Shown here: positions 46,007 to 54,676 of the stretch, piece by piece | How positions within the stretch are numbered: the first letter of the stretch is position 1 | Layout: each line of letters opens with the position of its first letter | Source: Spirochaetales bacterium | Lineage (GTDB): Bacteria > Spirochaetota > Spirochaetia > Sphaerochaetales > Sphaerochaetaceae | DNA: 56,268 nt | NCBI GenBank assembly: GCA_022785155.1 | Contig: JALFRH010000053.1 | Span: 1-56,268 of the forward strand | Direction of reading: 5' to 3' | Program-made: the position numbers and the translations under genes | Notes under the pieces: generated by a model | Database searches by the model: none | Told to the model about the DNA's origin: nothing | What the model saw: only the letters and a program-made list of their open reading frames with translations

Positions 46007-46891
46007 ATGGCAAGTAACAATACTAAGCTTGATTGCCTGATTAAACTTCAGGAAAAGATTTCAGAGAAGTTGGATCAGGAAAAGCAGAAGGAAATCATTC
46101 CAGAGAAGTTGGGCAAAGATACCCTTGAACTTAATAAAGCCAAAACAGGGCTTGAAGAACTTAATGCTCAACTTGATGCTGCTATAGAGAGTGAAAAGTC
46201 CATCTCAATCCAATATGATGATGCTTTTGCCAAGACACAAGAATGCCAGAAGAGATTTGAGTTTGCTTCTTCACAGAGAGAGTTTGAAGCTCTTCAGAAA
46301 GAACACAAAGATGCTGAAGACAACTTCAACCAGCTTAGAAAACTGAAGAAAGCTAAGAAAGACGAAATTGAATCAATCAGCAAGAGAGTTGCTGAAATGA
46401 CAGAGCATGTAAATACTCTTCAGAGTGAATATGACAAGGAATCTATGGAAGTTGATGGAAAGATTGAAGAAATCAACAATAGAATCCAGGTCATCGATGA
46501 AGAGATTACAACCATCAAGGGTGATTCCGTTTCTGATGAATCTTTCAACAAGCTCTATAATATTGCCAAGAAAAAGGGTGGAGTAGGACTTGTTCCAGTA
46601 TATGGTCAGGTATGTATGGGATGTAATACTGTACTTCCTATGCAGTTTGTCATTGATCTTAGGATCAAGCAGCATAATGATGAGATTGATACATGTCCAT
46701 ATTGCTCAAGAATGATTTACTACATGGAAGGTCTTCCTGCTGAAGAAGAAAAGAACTATCTATTCGATGACTTCGACGCAACAAGAATTACTGCTAAGAA
46801 TAATGATAATATTGATAGTGATGATTATTCTGACGGTGATAACGATGATGTCCTCGAATCAGATGACAGCTCTTTTGATGATGTGATCTAG
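46007..46891 (+). CDS. Coiled-coil plus C4 zinc-ribbon protein (COG1579/DUF164-like) with an acidic Asp-rich tail
   Basis: Long heptad-like N-terminus, then VCMGCNTVLP...CPYCSRMIY, and tail NDNIDSDDYSDGDNDDVLESDDSSFDD. Confidence 0.7.
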   Translation: MASNNTKLDCLIKLQEKISEKLDQEKQKEIIPEKLGKDTLELNKAKTGLEELNAQLDAAIESEKSISIQYDDAFAKTQECQKRFEFASSQREFEALQKEHKDAEDNFNQLRKLKKAKKDEIESISKRVAEMTEHVNTLQSEYDKESMEVDGKIEEINNRIQVIDEEITTIKGDSVSDESFNKLYNIAKKKGGVGLVPVYGQVCMGCNTVLPMQFVIDLRIKQHNDEIDTCPYCSRMIYYMEGLPAEEEKNYLFDDFDATRITAKNNDNIDSDDYSDGDNDDVLESDDSSFDDVI

Positions 46892-46897
46892 TTTTTT

Positions 46898-47218
46898 CCA
46901 GGTTCCTGAAGTAATCGCTTGAAATATAGAGGAAAGTCCGGGCTCCATAGGACACAGTGCTGGCTAACGGCCAGGAGCAGTAATGCTACAGATAGTGCAA
47001 CAGAAAGAATACCGCCGAAAGGTAAGGGTGAAAAGGCAGTGTAAGAGACTACCGCTTATTTGGTGACAAATAAGGCAGGGTAAACCTCACTGGGAGCAAG
47101 ACCAAGTATGTGGGTGGCTTGTCCGGCTATATCCACGGGTAGGTCGCTTGATCTGGTAAGTAATTGCCAGGCTAGATAGATGATTACATAAACAGAACTC
47201 GGCTTATCGGGAACCTGT
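46898..47218 (+). ncRNA. rnpB: RNase P RNA, bacterial type A
   Basis: P1 CAGGTTCC/GGAACCTG. P2 GTAATC/GATTAC. P4 halves GAGGAAAGTCCGGGC and ACAGAACTCGGCTTA. Conserved ACAGAAAGAATACCGCC and GGTAAGGGTGAAAAGG..GTAAGAG elements. Confidence 0.9.
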
Positions 47219-47237
47219 TTTATATTTGGAGGATGAT

Positions 47238-48011
47238 ATGATAAGGATGATTAGACTTCTTCTTATTATATCATCCTTTCTTTTTTTAGTTTCTTGCAAC
47301 AAGAACGATTTGGATAGAATAGCAAAAGAAGGGGATTGGGAGAAAGTATTACAGCTTTCCGATGAAATCATCAGTTCAAAGGGACTTGAGAAAGAAGCTT
47401 TATATTACAATGCTATATCTCTTTATTACACAGGAAATTATGTTAAGGCTGTAGATTCTTCTCGTCTATATGTTTTGATGTATGATGATAATAATCCTGT
47501 AATTCTCAAGATTCTTTTATATAAGGGTGTCAAAGAGGAAGCTTATAGTGCCGGCCTGGTATTATTTCAGAATAAAGCAATGAATTCCAGTGACAAAACC
47601 CAATATTTCAAGGTTCTTAATGATCTTGGGCGAATCGACGAAGCTTCTATGATGATTTCCGATTTGAAGGAAAGTCTTCCTGTCTATGACTATTGTTTTG
47701 CCCTTATAAACGGCAATGCTACATCAATGCTTATACTTGAGAGCCTTGAGATGCTTTATGATAGTGAAGGTATAAGCAATAACTTTATTTCTATGGTAAA
47801 CAAAGCCTTTAATATATTTTCTAAACGAGAGTATAGGGTAAAGCCGGAGTCATTCATTAAAGAGACATTTGATGGAAATGCCCAATATGCTCTTATAATC
47901 GGTGATTTCTTCTATAGCATCTCAGAAATAGAGAAGGCCATGTATTATTGGAATTATGCAAAAGATATGTATCCCAATGCTTATAGAAATAGAGTAGAAG
48001 GCCTTAACTAA
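47238..48011 (+). CDS. Putative lipoprotein with TPR-like helical repeats
   Basis: MIRMIRLLLIISSFLFLVSC lipobox. GGAGGA lies 4 nt before the ATG at 47238. The track TTG at 47226 is an alternative start. Confidence 0.6.
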   Translation: MIRMIRLLLIISSFLFLVSCNKNDLDRIAKEGDWEKVLQLSDEIISSKGLEKEALYYNAISLYYTGNYVKAVDSSRLYVLMYDDNNPVILKILLYKGVKEEAYSAGLVLFQNKAMNSSDKTQYFKVLNDLGRIDEASMMISDLKESLPVYDYCFALINGNATSMLILESLEMLYDSEGISNNFISMVNKAFNIFSKREYRVKPESFIKETFDGNAQYALIIGDFFYSISEIEKAMYYWNYAKDMYPNAYRNRVEGLN

Positions 48012-48828
48012 GGTCTTCTATCTCCATTTTTATATCTACACCCTCACCGCGAGGCAGAATACCCTGGGTGTTTGGATTTGAAAGCAATACCTTTGCAAGG
48101 TGTCCCTTTCCCCCGGTTTCCTTTAGTTTGGATATTATATATTGGTCAAAAGAAGGTTCTTCTTCATTCTCCTTCATGGTCTTTACCATCATCCAGTTGA
48201 ATACCCCTTCTTTATCCATCCAGCAGATGGAAGGATCTACACCAGGATAACTTTGATAAAGTAGGTTTGTAATACCTTGCTTTTCGCTTAAGTCCTGTAC
48301 ATAGGCCATTACAGCGTTGTTCAATTCTTCCCATTTTCCCATAGCAACAAAATCTGAAGAATTTGTCATCAAATCAGGAATGACAGCTTTTATCTCTCTA
48401 TCACTGAATAAAGCCTTGGCATCTATAAGACACCACTTATCATCAGTAAGGGGAAGAATGTTCAAATCTTTATCAAAGATAAGTACGGAAGGAATAATAT
48501 CATTTTCGATGCATATTCTTATTGATACATCCAAATCAAGAGGAAAGTATATATCGTTATTATCTTTCTCCTGGCCAAATATTACTCCATATACTTTATT
48601 CTTTGCCCTAAAGCATAGATCCATGAAATAAGGAACAGTGTATTCCATCTTCAACCATTGCATATCTCCAGAGTCCATGTTCTCGATAGATGGAATAAGA
48701 GACAAGAAATGATTAAGGGCAATAGGGTAGAGTGCCTCGTTCTTTTCTTTTACCATCTCAGAGATGGCTTTCTTGGATAACCCCGTCAGTTCAGGATCAA
48801 AATACAGTTGGCCTTTCTGTTCAATCAT
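48004..48828 (-). CDS. Hypothetical protein (274 aa), translationally coupled to mazG
   Basis: The ATG at 48828-48826 overlaps the mazG stop (AATGATTGA). No family recognised. Confidence 0.55.
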   Translation of the reverse strand: MIEQKGQLYFDPELTGLSKKAISEMVKEKNEALYPIALNHFLSLIPSIENMDSGDMQWLKMEYTVPYFMDLCFRAKNKVYGVIFGQEKDNNDIYFPLDLDVSIRICIENDIIPSVLIFDKDLNILPLTDDKWCLIDAKALFSDREIKAVIPDLMTNSSDFVAMGKWEELNNAVMAYVQDLSEKQGITNLLYQSYPGVDPSICWMDKEGVFNWMMVKTMKENEEEPSFDQYIISKLKETGGKGHLAKVLLSNPNTQGILPRGEGVDIKMEIEDLS

Positions 48829-49642
48829 TCTTTTCGTCTCTCTTAATCTCATCCCACAACTGATTCATTTCATCAACATGATCTTTATCAAGAGGAATAC
48901 CTTTTTCTCTTGCTGCATCAAACAGTTTCTGGAATCTAGTTTTGACTTTATCATTACACCTGTATAAAGCAACATTTGGTCTTACTTTCAGGAATCTTGA
49001 AAGGTTAACTACTGTAAACAATAGATCTCCAATCTCTTCCTCAATGTGATCTTGGTTGTTCTCAGCGATGGCTTCTTTAACTTCCTGAAGTTCTTCATAT
49101 ACTTTATCTATTACTCCATTGGCATCATTCCAATCAAACCCAACCTTTTTCAATTTTTTCTGTATCTCATAGCTGGCCTCTAAAGGAGGGAGTGAGGAAG
49201 GAATATGCTCAAAAAAGTCTTCAGATTTTTCTTTATGACCTTCTACGTTCTCCTTTACCTTGTTCCAAAGAGTCAAAACTCCTTCAACATTATCTGTATG
49301 CTCATCTCCAAAGACATGAGGATGCCTTCTGATAAGTTTCTGACAAACTTCATTAATAGCTTCATAAGGTTTAAAGTCATTCTGCTCTTCATGGAGTCTA
49401 AGATTCATGAATACGTTTATCATGACGTCACCGATTTCTTCTCTCTCACTATCTATGTTACCTTTTATTACTCCATCAAGGTATTCATAGCTTTCATCGA
49501 TAAGAGACTGTGTTGCTGTCTTATTGGTCTGAACCCTGTCCCAAGGACAGCCTTCAGGAGAGCGGAGTAAGGTAATGATTGTGTATAGGTTATCTAGAGC
49601 ATCGCTAAGGTTATCGGCATCTTTGTAATCAATTTTTATCAT
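48821..49642 (-). CDS. mazG: Nucleoside triphosphate pyrophosphohydrolase MazG (tandem MazG domains)
   Basis: LRSPEGCPWDRVQTNKTATQSLIDESYEYLD and EEIGDVMINV, with a second EEIGDLLFTVVNL repeat. Confidence 0.9.
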   Translation of the reverse strand: MIKIDYKDADNLSDALDNLYTIITLLRSPEGCPWDRVQTNKTATQSLIDESYEYLDGVIKGNIDSEREEIGDVMINVFMNLRLHEEQNDFKPYEAINEVCQKLIRRHPHVFGDEHTDNVEGVLTLWNKVKENVEGHKEKSEDFFEHIPSSLPPLEASYEIQKKLKKVGFDWNDANGVIDKVYEELQEVKEAIAENNQDHIEEEIGDLLFTVVNLSRFLKVRPNVALYRCNDKVKTRFQKLFDAAREKGIPLDKDHVDEMNQLWDEIKRDEKND

Positions 49643-50470
49643 GGAAATACATTACTACAATTTATTAAATAGTGGAACAATATTGAAAGGTGGAGAAACT
49701 TCATTTAGAGGTGACATGCCGGAGTTCATCTCCAGGACTTCTACAGATACAAATCCTCTGCTGGGACTCTATTCAAGGCAGACCTTAAAGTCCGACATTC
49801 TGAGCTCTACGGAATTGGAGAACGATAGGGTAGGGGCTAAGGACTATAGGCGTAAGGAGAAGGCGTTCAAGACGATTACGGAATTCAGTTCATCGTCGAA
49901 TCCTTTACTTGCATAGGAAGTGTTTACTCCTACGAAGAGGAATCTGCTGGAAGCCGGTAAGATGTATTCAGATGTATTCATCCTTGACATTGGTCAACAA
50001 GGTTCTCTGGCCGAAGATCAATTTTGAAAAGACCGAAAATAAATTAATAGTGATGATCCATCAAGATAATACGCAGGAACAGGAAGCAGCTAATCAACAC
50101 CGGTGCCATTGAACATAACAAAGCCAACAGAAACGAAGGTAGATCCAGGATAGACATGTCCGGACTATAGTTCATGGTTAAACCTTAACCCACCAGAATT
50201 GGAAATCCATTGCCGCGTTTTTCGGCAAAATACATCCAGTTCTGACTCGTATAAAAACCCTTAATCCAGGAAGTATTGGTATTACCCGAGGAGAATTAGT
50301 AACCGACAAGAATACTTAATAGTTTAAAACTAATTATAGTTCTAATTGACAGAATATATATTATATACATAAAAGTAATATGAAACATATTGAATTTATG
50401 TAGTTGTTTTATTTGTCATTGATAAACCCATGAATCTATTTTTATGATTAATTATCAGGCAGGAAACATT

Positions 50471-51982
50471 ATGAAAGACTACGATGCCATTGTAGTTGGA
50501 GCTGGTAACTCAGGTCTAATAGCTGCAATGGAATTAATTAAGAAAGGAAAAAGAACTCTTATCATTGAACAAAACAACTATCCAGGAGGATGCGCTACAT
50601 CCTTTGTCCGTGGTAGATTTGAAATTGAACCATCACTACATGAACTTTGTGGTTTTGGTTCTGACGATCATGATGGAAGTTTGGTGAGATTATTCAAGGA
50701 CTTTGGTATCCAATGTCCTTGGATAAGTATCAAAGATTGTTTTAGAGCTATAGGAAAATATTCCGATGGTACGTCTTTTGACATTACACTGCCTAATGGT
50801 AAAGCCAAGTTCATAGAAAAAATTGAAGAATATGTTCCAGGCTCAAAAGATAAACTGAATCTCCTGTTCTCAGTTATGGAAGATATCCATAATGGCCTCT
50901 CTTATATTTCCGATAATACAAAATACAGTGTTCTTCATTTGATTAAGAATTATCCAGGAATGCTGATCTCCGGTTCATATACCGTCTTGGAAGTATTCGA
51001 TGCCTTGGGTATACCTTGGAAAGTAAAGGAAATTCTTTCTCTTTATTGGTCCTACTTAGGTGTTGATATTGAGCATCTCAACTTTGTGCACTACTCTTCC
51101 ATGCTCTACGAATATATTTCCAATCCAATATATATTCCAAAATATACCAGCCATTATCTATCTTCTCTAATATTAAAAAGATACCAAGAGTTAGGAGGCG
51201 AAATCTGGTATTGTGTCAAAGGAGAAGAGTTCCTCTTCAAAGATAATAAGTGTATCGGTATCAGGACCAACAAGGGAGATATCTATGCTCCTCTAGTCTT
51301 CCCTGATATAAAACAAGATATAATCTATGGAAAGATGATTCGGGAAGATTTGGTTCATATAAGACAAAAAAAGATCTTCAATGCCAGGAAAGGAAACTAT
51401 TCTGGAATCCTCTCTACTGCATATTTCTGCCTTGATGTAGACAAAGATGAGTTAGGCATTAAAGATTATTCCATATTCTTCTCAGGAAACAACAAAAAAC
51501 AAAGTAATGAAATCTTTCTCAATGATTTTGTGATCTTCCTTTGTTATAACGTAGCAGATCCAGAATTCTCTCCTAAAGGAACTACCGTCGTTTCCTTTAC
51601 TGCTTTTGCTGATCCTGTTTTCTTTGAAAGATTAAAACAGGAAGAATATTATTCTGTCAAAACAAAGATGGGAGAATATTTTATTTCACTATTGAAAGAT
51701 AAATTATCTATAGATATTTCGAAACACATAGAGGAAGTTGAAATAGCCACTCCTTGGACATTCTCTCGATATCTCAACACTCCCATGGGCTCTGTTTATG
51801 GCCATGCAGCTGAAGATTGGGATAGTGTTGTGGCAAGAACCCTAAATATGGATAAAGATTACTCTATCCCAGGCTTATATCCTATTGGCTGCGATACAAT
51901 TAAGGGTGATGGATACTCTTCTGCATATTTGGCAGGTAAAGATATTGTGGATTTTGCTTTGGAAAGGATCAAAGAACAATGA
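50471..51982 (+). CDS. FAD-dependent oxidoreductase of the phytoene-desaturase (CrtI-like) superfamily
   Basis: Dinucleotide fold DYDAIVVGAGNSGLIAAMELIKKGKRTLIIEQNNYPGGC. About 500 aa. I chose the ATG at 50471 after AGGAAAC. The track start is 50444. Confidence 0.75.
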   Translation: MKDYDAIVVGAGNSGLIAAMELIKKGKRTLIIEQNNYPGGCATSFVRGRFEIEPSLHELCGFGSDDHDGSLVRLFKDFGIQCPWISIKDCFRAIGKYSDGTSFDITLPNGKAKFIEKIEEYVPGSKDKLNLLFSVMEDIHNGLSYISDNTKYSVLHLIKNYPGMLISGSYTVLEVFDALGIPWKVKEILSLYWSYLGVDIEHLNFVHYSSMLYEYISNPIYIPKYTSHYLSSLILKRYQELGGEIWYCVKGEEFLFKDNKCIGIRTNKGDIYAPLVFPDIKQDIIYGKMIREDLVHIRQKKIFNARKGNYSGILSTAYFCLDVDKDELGIKDYSIFFSGNNKKQSNEIFLNDFVIFLCYNVADPEFSPKGTTVVSFTAFADPVFFERLKQEEYYSVKTKMGEYFISLLKDKLSIDISKHIEEVEIATPWTFSRYLNTPMGSVYGHAAEDWDSVVARTLNMDKDYSIPGLYPIGCDTIKGDGYSSAYLAGKDIVDFALERIKEQ

Positions 51983-53184
51983 GTAAGTTAATAAAAATTG
52001 GTAAATCAAGACTAAAGGATATGCTTGGATTTAAGAATCTAGGAAAACACAGAGACGAAATAATAGAGTCTTCCAGTAGTGAAGATATTTCTTACTTTGA
52101 TGCCATTTCTGAGAAAGCCCAGAGTCTTCATCCTTTGATTCTCAACGTTAAGGTTGAAGATATTATACCAAGGTATGATGCCAAGGAGTTTGTATTCTCA
52201 TCCATAGACTCTACTCCCCTCCCCTTCTTTAAGGCAGGAAGTTATATATCCATCAAGACAATAATAGGAGAAGTATATACATCTCGTCCATATTCCATTT
52301 GTTCCAGTCCAAAGGATGCTTTAAGTGGAAAGATATCCATAATGATTGAAGACTATCCAGATGGCTTTGTTGCCCCTTATTTATATAAAAACATAAAAAT
52401 AGGAGATGTCTTTCAGATTTCATCGCCAATGGGTACTTTCTATTATGATAAGTTGAGGGATAATAAAACTATTGTCGCCCTTGCTGGTGGAAGTGGAGTC
52501 ACTCCCTTTATTTCTATGGCTAAGGCAATAAGAGATGGAATCGAGGATTTCAATCTATTGTTAATCTATGGAAGCAGAAATAGAGAAGCTATATATTTCA
52601 AAGAAGAACTTGATGAAATTGAAAAGGAAACGACAAAAGTCAAAGTAGTACACGTGTTATCTGATGAGAAAGTTGATGGTTATGAATATGGTTTTATAAC
52701 TTCCGATATAATTAAGAAATATGTTTTTGAGCCCCAGTATTCTGTCTTTGCCTGTGGTCCTGGTAACTTCTACACCTTTATGAAGAAAGATATTCAGAAA
52801 CTCAATATTCCTCAACGCTTTATCCGTTTCGAGATGGAAGCTGTAAGTAGAGATCTTTCTTCTGATCCAGATTATCCAATTCATTACGAAAAAAAAGAGT
52901 ATAATGCTCTAGTCAAGCAAGGCGGTAAAGAATACAGGATAAAGTTAAGTAATGATGAGCCAATTCTATCTGGCATTGAAAGAGCGGGTATTAAAGCAAA
53001 CGCTTCCTGCCGCTCAGGAGTTTGCCTTTGGTGTAGGACAAGGGTTGTTGAGGGAAAAACATACAATCCAAAGAAAAATGATAATAGAAGAAAAGGAGAT
53101 GTTCTATTGGATTATATTCATCCTTGTGCTTCATTTCCTCTCTCAGATCTAGTATTGGAAATACCTGAATCCGAGTTATTCTAG
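51979..53184 (+). CDS. Ferredoxin-NAD(P) reductase-type flavoprotein with a C-terminal [2Fe-2S] ferredoxin domain
   Basis: RPYSICS (RxYS FAD motif), AGGSGVTPFISM (NAD(P) binding), and C-terminal CRSGVCLWCRTRV....C cluster ligands. ATGA overlap with the upstream gene. Confidence 0.75.
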   Translation: MSKLIKIGKSRLKDMLGFKNLGKHRDEIIESSSSEDISYFDAISEKAQSLHPLILNVKVEDIIPRYDAKEFVFSSIDSTPLPFFKAGSYISIKTIIGEVYTSRPYSICSSPKDALSGKISIMIEDYPDGFVAPYLYKNIKIGDVFQISSPMGTFYYDKLRDNKTIVALAGGSGVTPFISMAKAIRDGIEDFNLLLIYGSRNREAIYFKEELDEIEKETTKVKVVHVLSDEKVDGYEYGFITSDIIKKYVFEPQYSVFACGPGNFYTFMKKDIQKLNIPQRFIRFEMEAVSRDLSSDPDYPIHYEKKEYNALVKQGGKEYRIKLSNDEPILSGIERAGIKANASCRSGVCLWCRTRVVEGKTYNPKKNDNRRKGDVLLDYIHPCASFPLSDLVLEIPESELF

Positions 53185-53880
53185 CCTAAAGGAGAAGAGT
53201 TCCTTTGAAATTTCTGTGTTCCAGATATTAGTGTATTCTGTAAACGCAAAAGTCACTGCAGCATATATTTTTACTTCAACAGGTAAAACGTAGTCTCCAA
53301 TAAGCTCTTCTCCCTCATTTATACTGGCCAATGTACTAAAGGAATCGCCGTCATAGCTTCTTCTCAATTCTCTTCTGGCGATTAATCTACTTTCATTGTC
53401 ATATATAGATAGGATGAGACCATCTTCCTCTGTAAACTCAAACTTCATATTTAACTGACCATCTTTGAAATATCCGTTAGATAAGAGACCGTCACTTTGA
53501 AAAAACTGGTATAAACCATAGGTGTTATCCCCGCTTTTATATTCAACAATAGGTGCACCATCAGTTTTTGCTCCAGTTATTGGATTACAATATGGATATT
53601 TACAAAAAGTGGAATTAAATGAATTTAGAAGAGAAGAATAAGCTGAGGAACTGTCAGCACCTCTAATTATATAGAAAAGGTTTACTTCCGGAGAATAAGG
53701 ACGATTCTTGGTTCTATCCAATAGATAGGAAGAATTAATTTTTATTGTGGCTTTCTGATTTGAAGTATCTGTTATAAAAGACACGGAGGATGAATCAGGC
53801 ACAAACATATTGGGAATGCCACAGGATGATAAAAAAAGGAGGGTAAGTAAAGTAAGAAACAAAAATTTTCTCTTCTTCAC
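53176..53880 (-). CDS. Hypothetical lipoprotein
   Basis: MKKRKFLFLTLLTLLFLSSC lipobox. No family recognised. Its 3' end overlaps the convergent reductase gene by 9 nt. Confidence 0.6.
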   Translation of the reverse strand: MKKRKFLFLTLLTLLFLSSCGIPNMFVPDSSSVSFITDTSNQKATIKINSSYLLDRTKNRPYSPEVNLFYIIRGADSSSAYSSLLNSFNSTFCKYPYCNPITGAKTDGAPIVEYKSGDNTYGLYQFFQSDGLLSNGYFKDGQLNMKFEFTEEDGLILSIYDNESRLIARRELRRSYDGDSFSTLASINEGEELIGDYVLPVEVKIYAAVTFAFTEYTNIWNTEISKELFSFRLE

Positions 53881-53916
53881 TGATTACCCTCCCGATATGG
53901 AATGAAAACCAATACT

Positions 53917-54615
53917 TTAGTTGAGCTGAGCTATTCTTGACTGGGCAAGTTTGGCATATTCTGAACCGTAGTCACCGAATTCACCGACCAACTGCTCATA
54001 GATAGAGATAGCAAGAGCCTTATCTGATTCTTCTGTCAATCTAGCTGCGTTGAACAGAGCACGTGATGAATAGAAGCTTTCAAGACCATATTCATCAAAG
54101 AATGCGTTGTAGATATCTCTAGCTGAATTCTTATCACCATTCTCTTCAAGTGCAGCAGCCATACTCATCAAAGCTACTTCCCTCAAGAATGTCTTCTTCT
54201 GTCCTTCTGCAACTTCATCATAAAGCTCGATGGCTTTTACATAATCGCCATCTTCATAAGCAAGATCTGCAAGAACCATGGTAGCTTTTGCACCAGGATA
54301 GTTCTTGACACCCTTTGCTCTCAAAGCCTCTGCATCAGCAACGAGAGTACTCTTAGCACTGTCATAACCTTCTGCATCAGAATCCATAACTGTAAATTCA
54401 GAGTACTGAGCTGTCAAAGCATCTAGTTTTTCATAGGTTTTTTTGTTTGAGGAATTTACAACTACAGTAACAACAGAAGCAATGACAATAACTGCTACAA
54501 CAACAGCAACAATAATTGCCAAAACCTTTCCGTGCTTACCAAGCCAAGTGTTGGTTGAGTTCACCAACTTCTCTGCATATGTGAGCTGTTCTTCCTTATC
54601 GTTCTTCTTTGCCAT
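53917..54615 (-). CDS. Membrane-anchored TPR protein (YfgM-like architecture: N-terminal TM helix plus TPR-like domain)
   Basis: A single TM segment (VLAIIVAVVVAVIVIASVVTVV), followed by a helical repeat region with LADLAYEDGDYVKAIELY. Confidence 0.6.
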   Translation of the reverse strand: MAKKNDKEEQLTYAEKLVNSTNTWLGKHGKVLAIIVAVVVAVIVIASVVTVVVNSSNKKTYEKLDALTAQYSEFTVMDSDAEGYDSAKSTLVADAEALRAKGVKNYPGAKATMVLADLAYEDGDYVKAIELYDEVAEGQKKTFLREVALMSMAAALEENGDKNSARDIYNAFFDEYGLESFYSSRALFNAARLTEESDKALAISIYEQLVGEFGDYGSEYAKLAQSRIAQLN

Positions 54616-54676
54616 TTCTCATCCTTTGAGAAAGCAGAGAAATACTATCTCTGCTTTCCCTACTCTTCTTTATACC

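Noticed and set aside
50071-50100. SRP-RNA-like string AGGAACAGGAAGCAGC (GGAAGCAGC at 50082-50090).
   Set aside because: Only the GGAAGCAGC half-motif is present. The flanking GGUCC-GGAA tetraloop hairpin and the complementary 3' strand of domain IV are missing.
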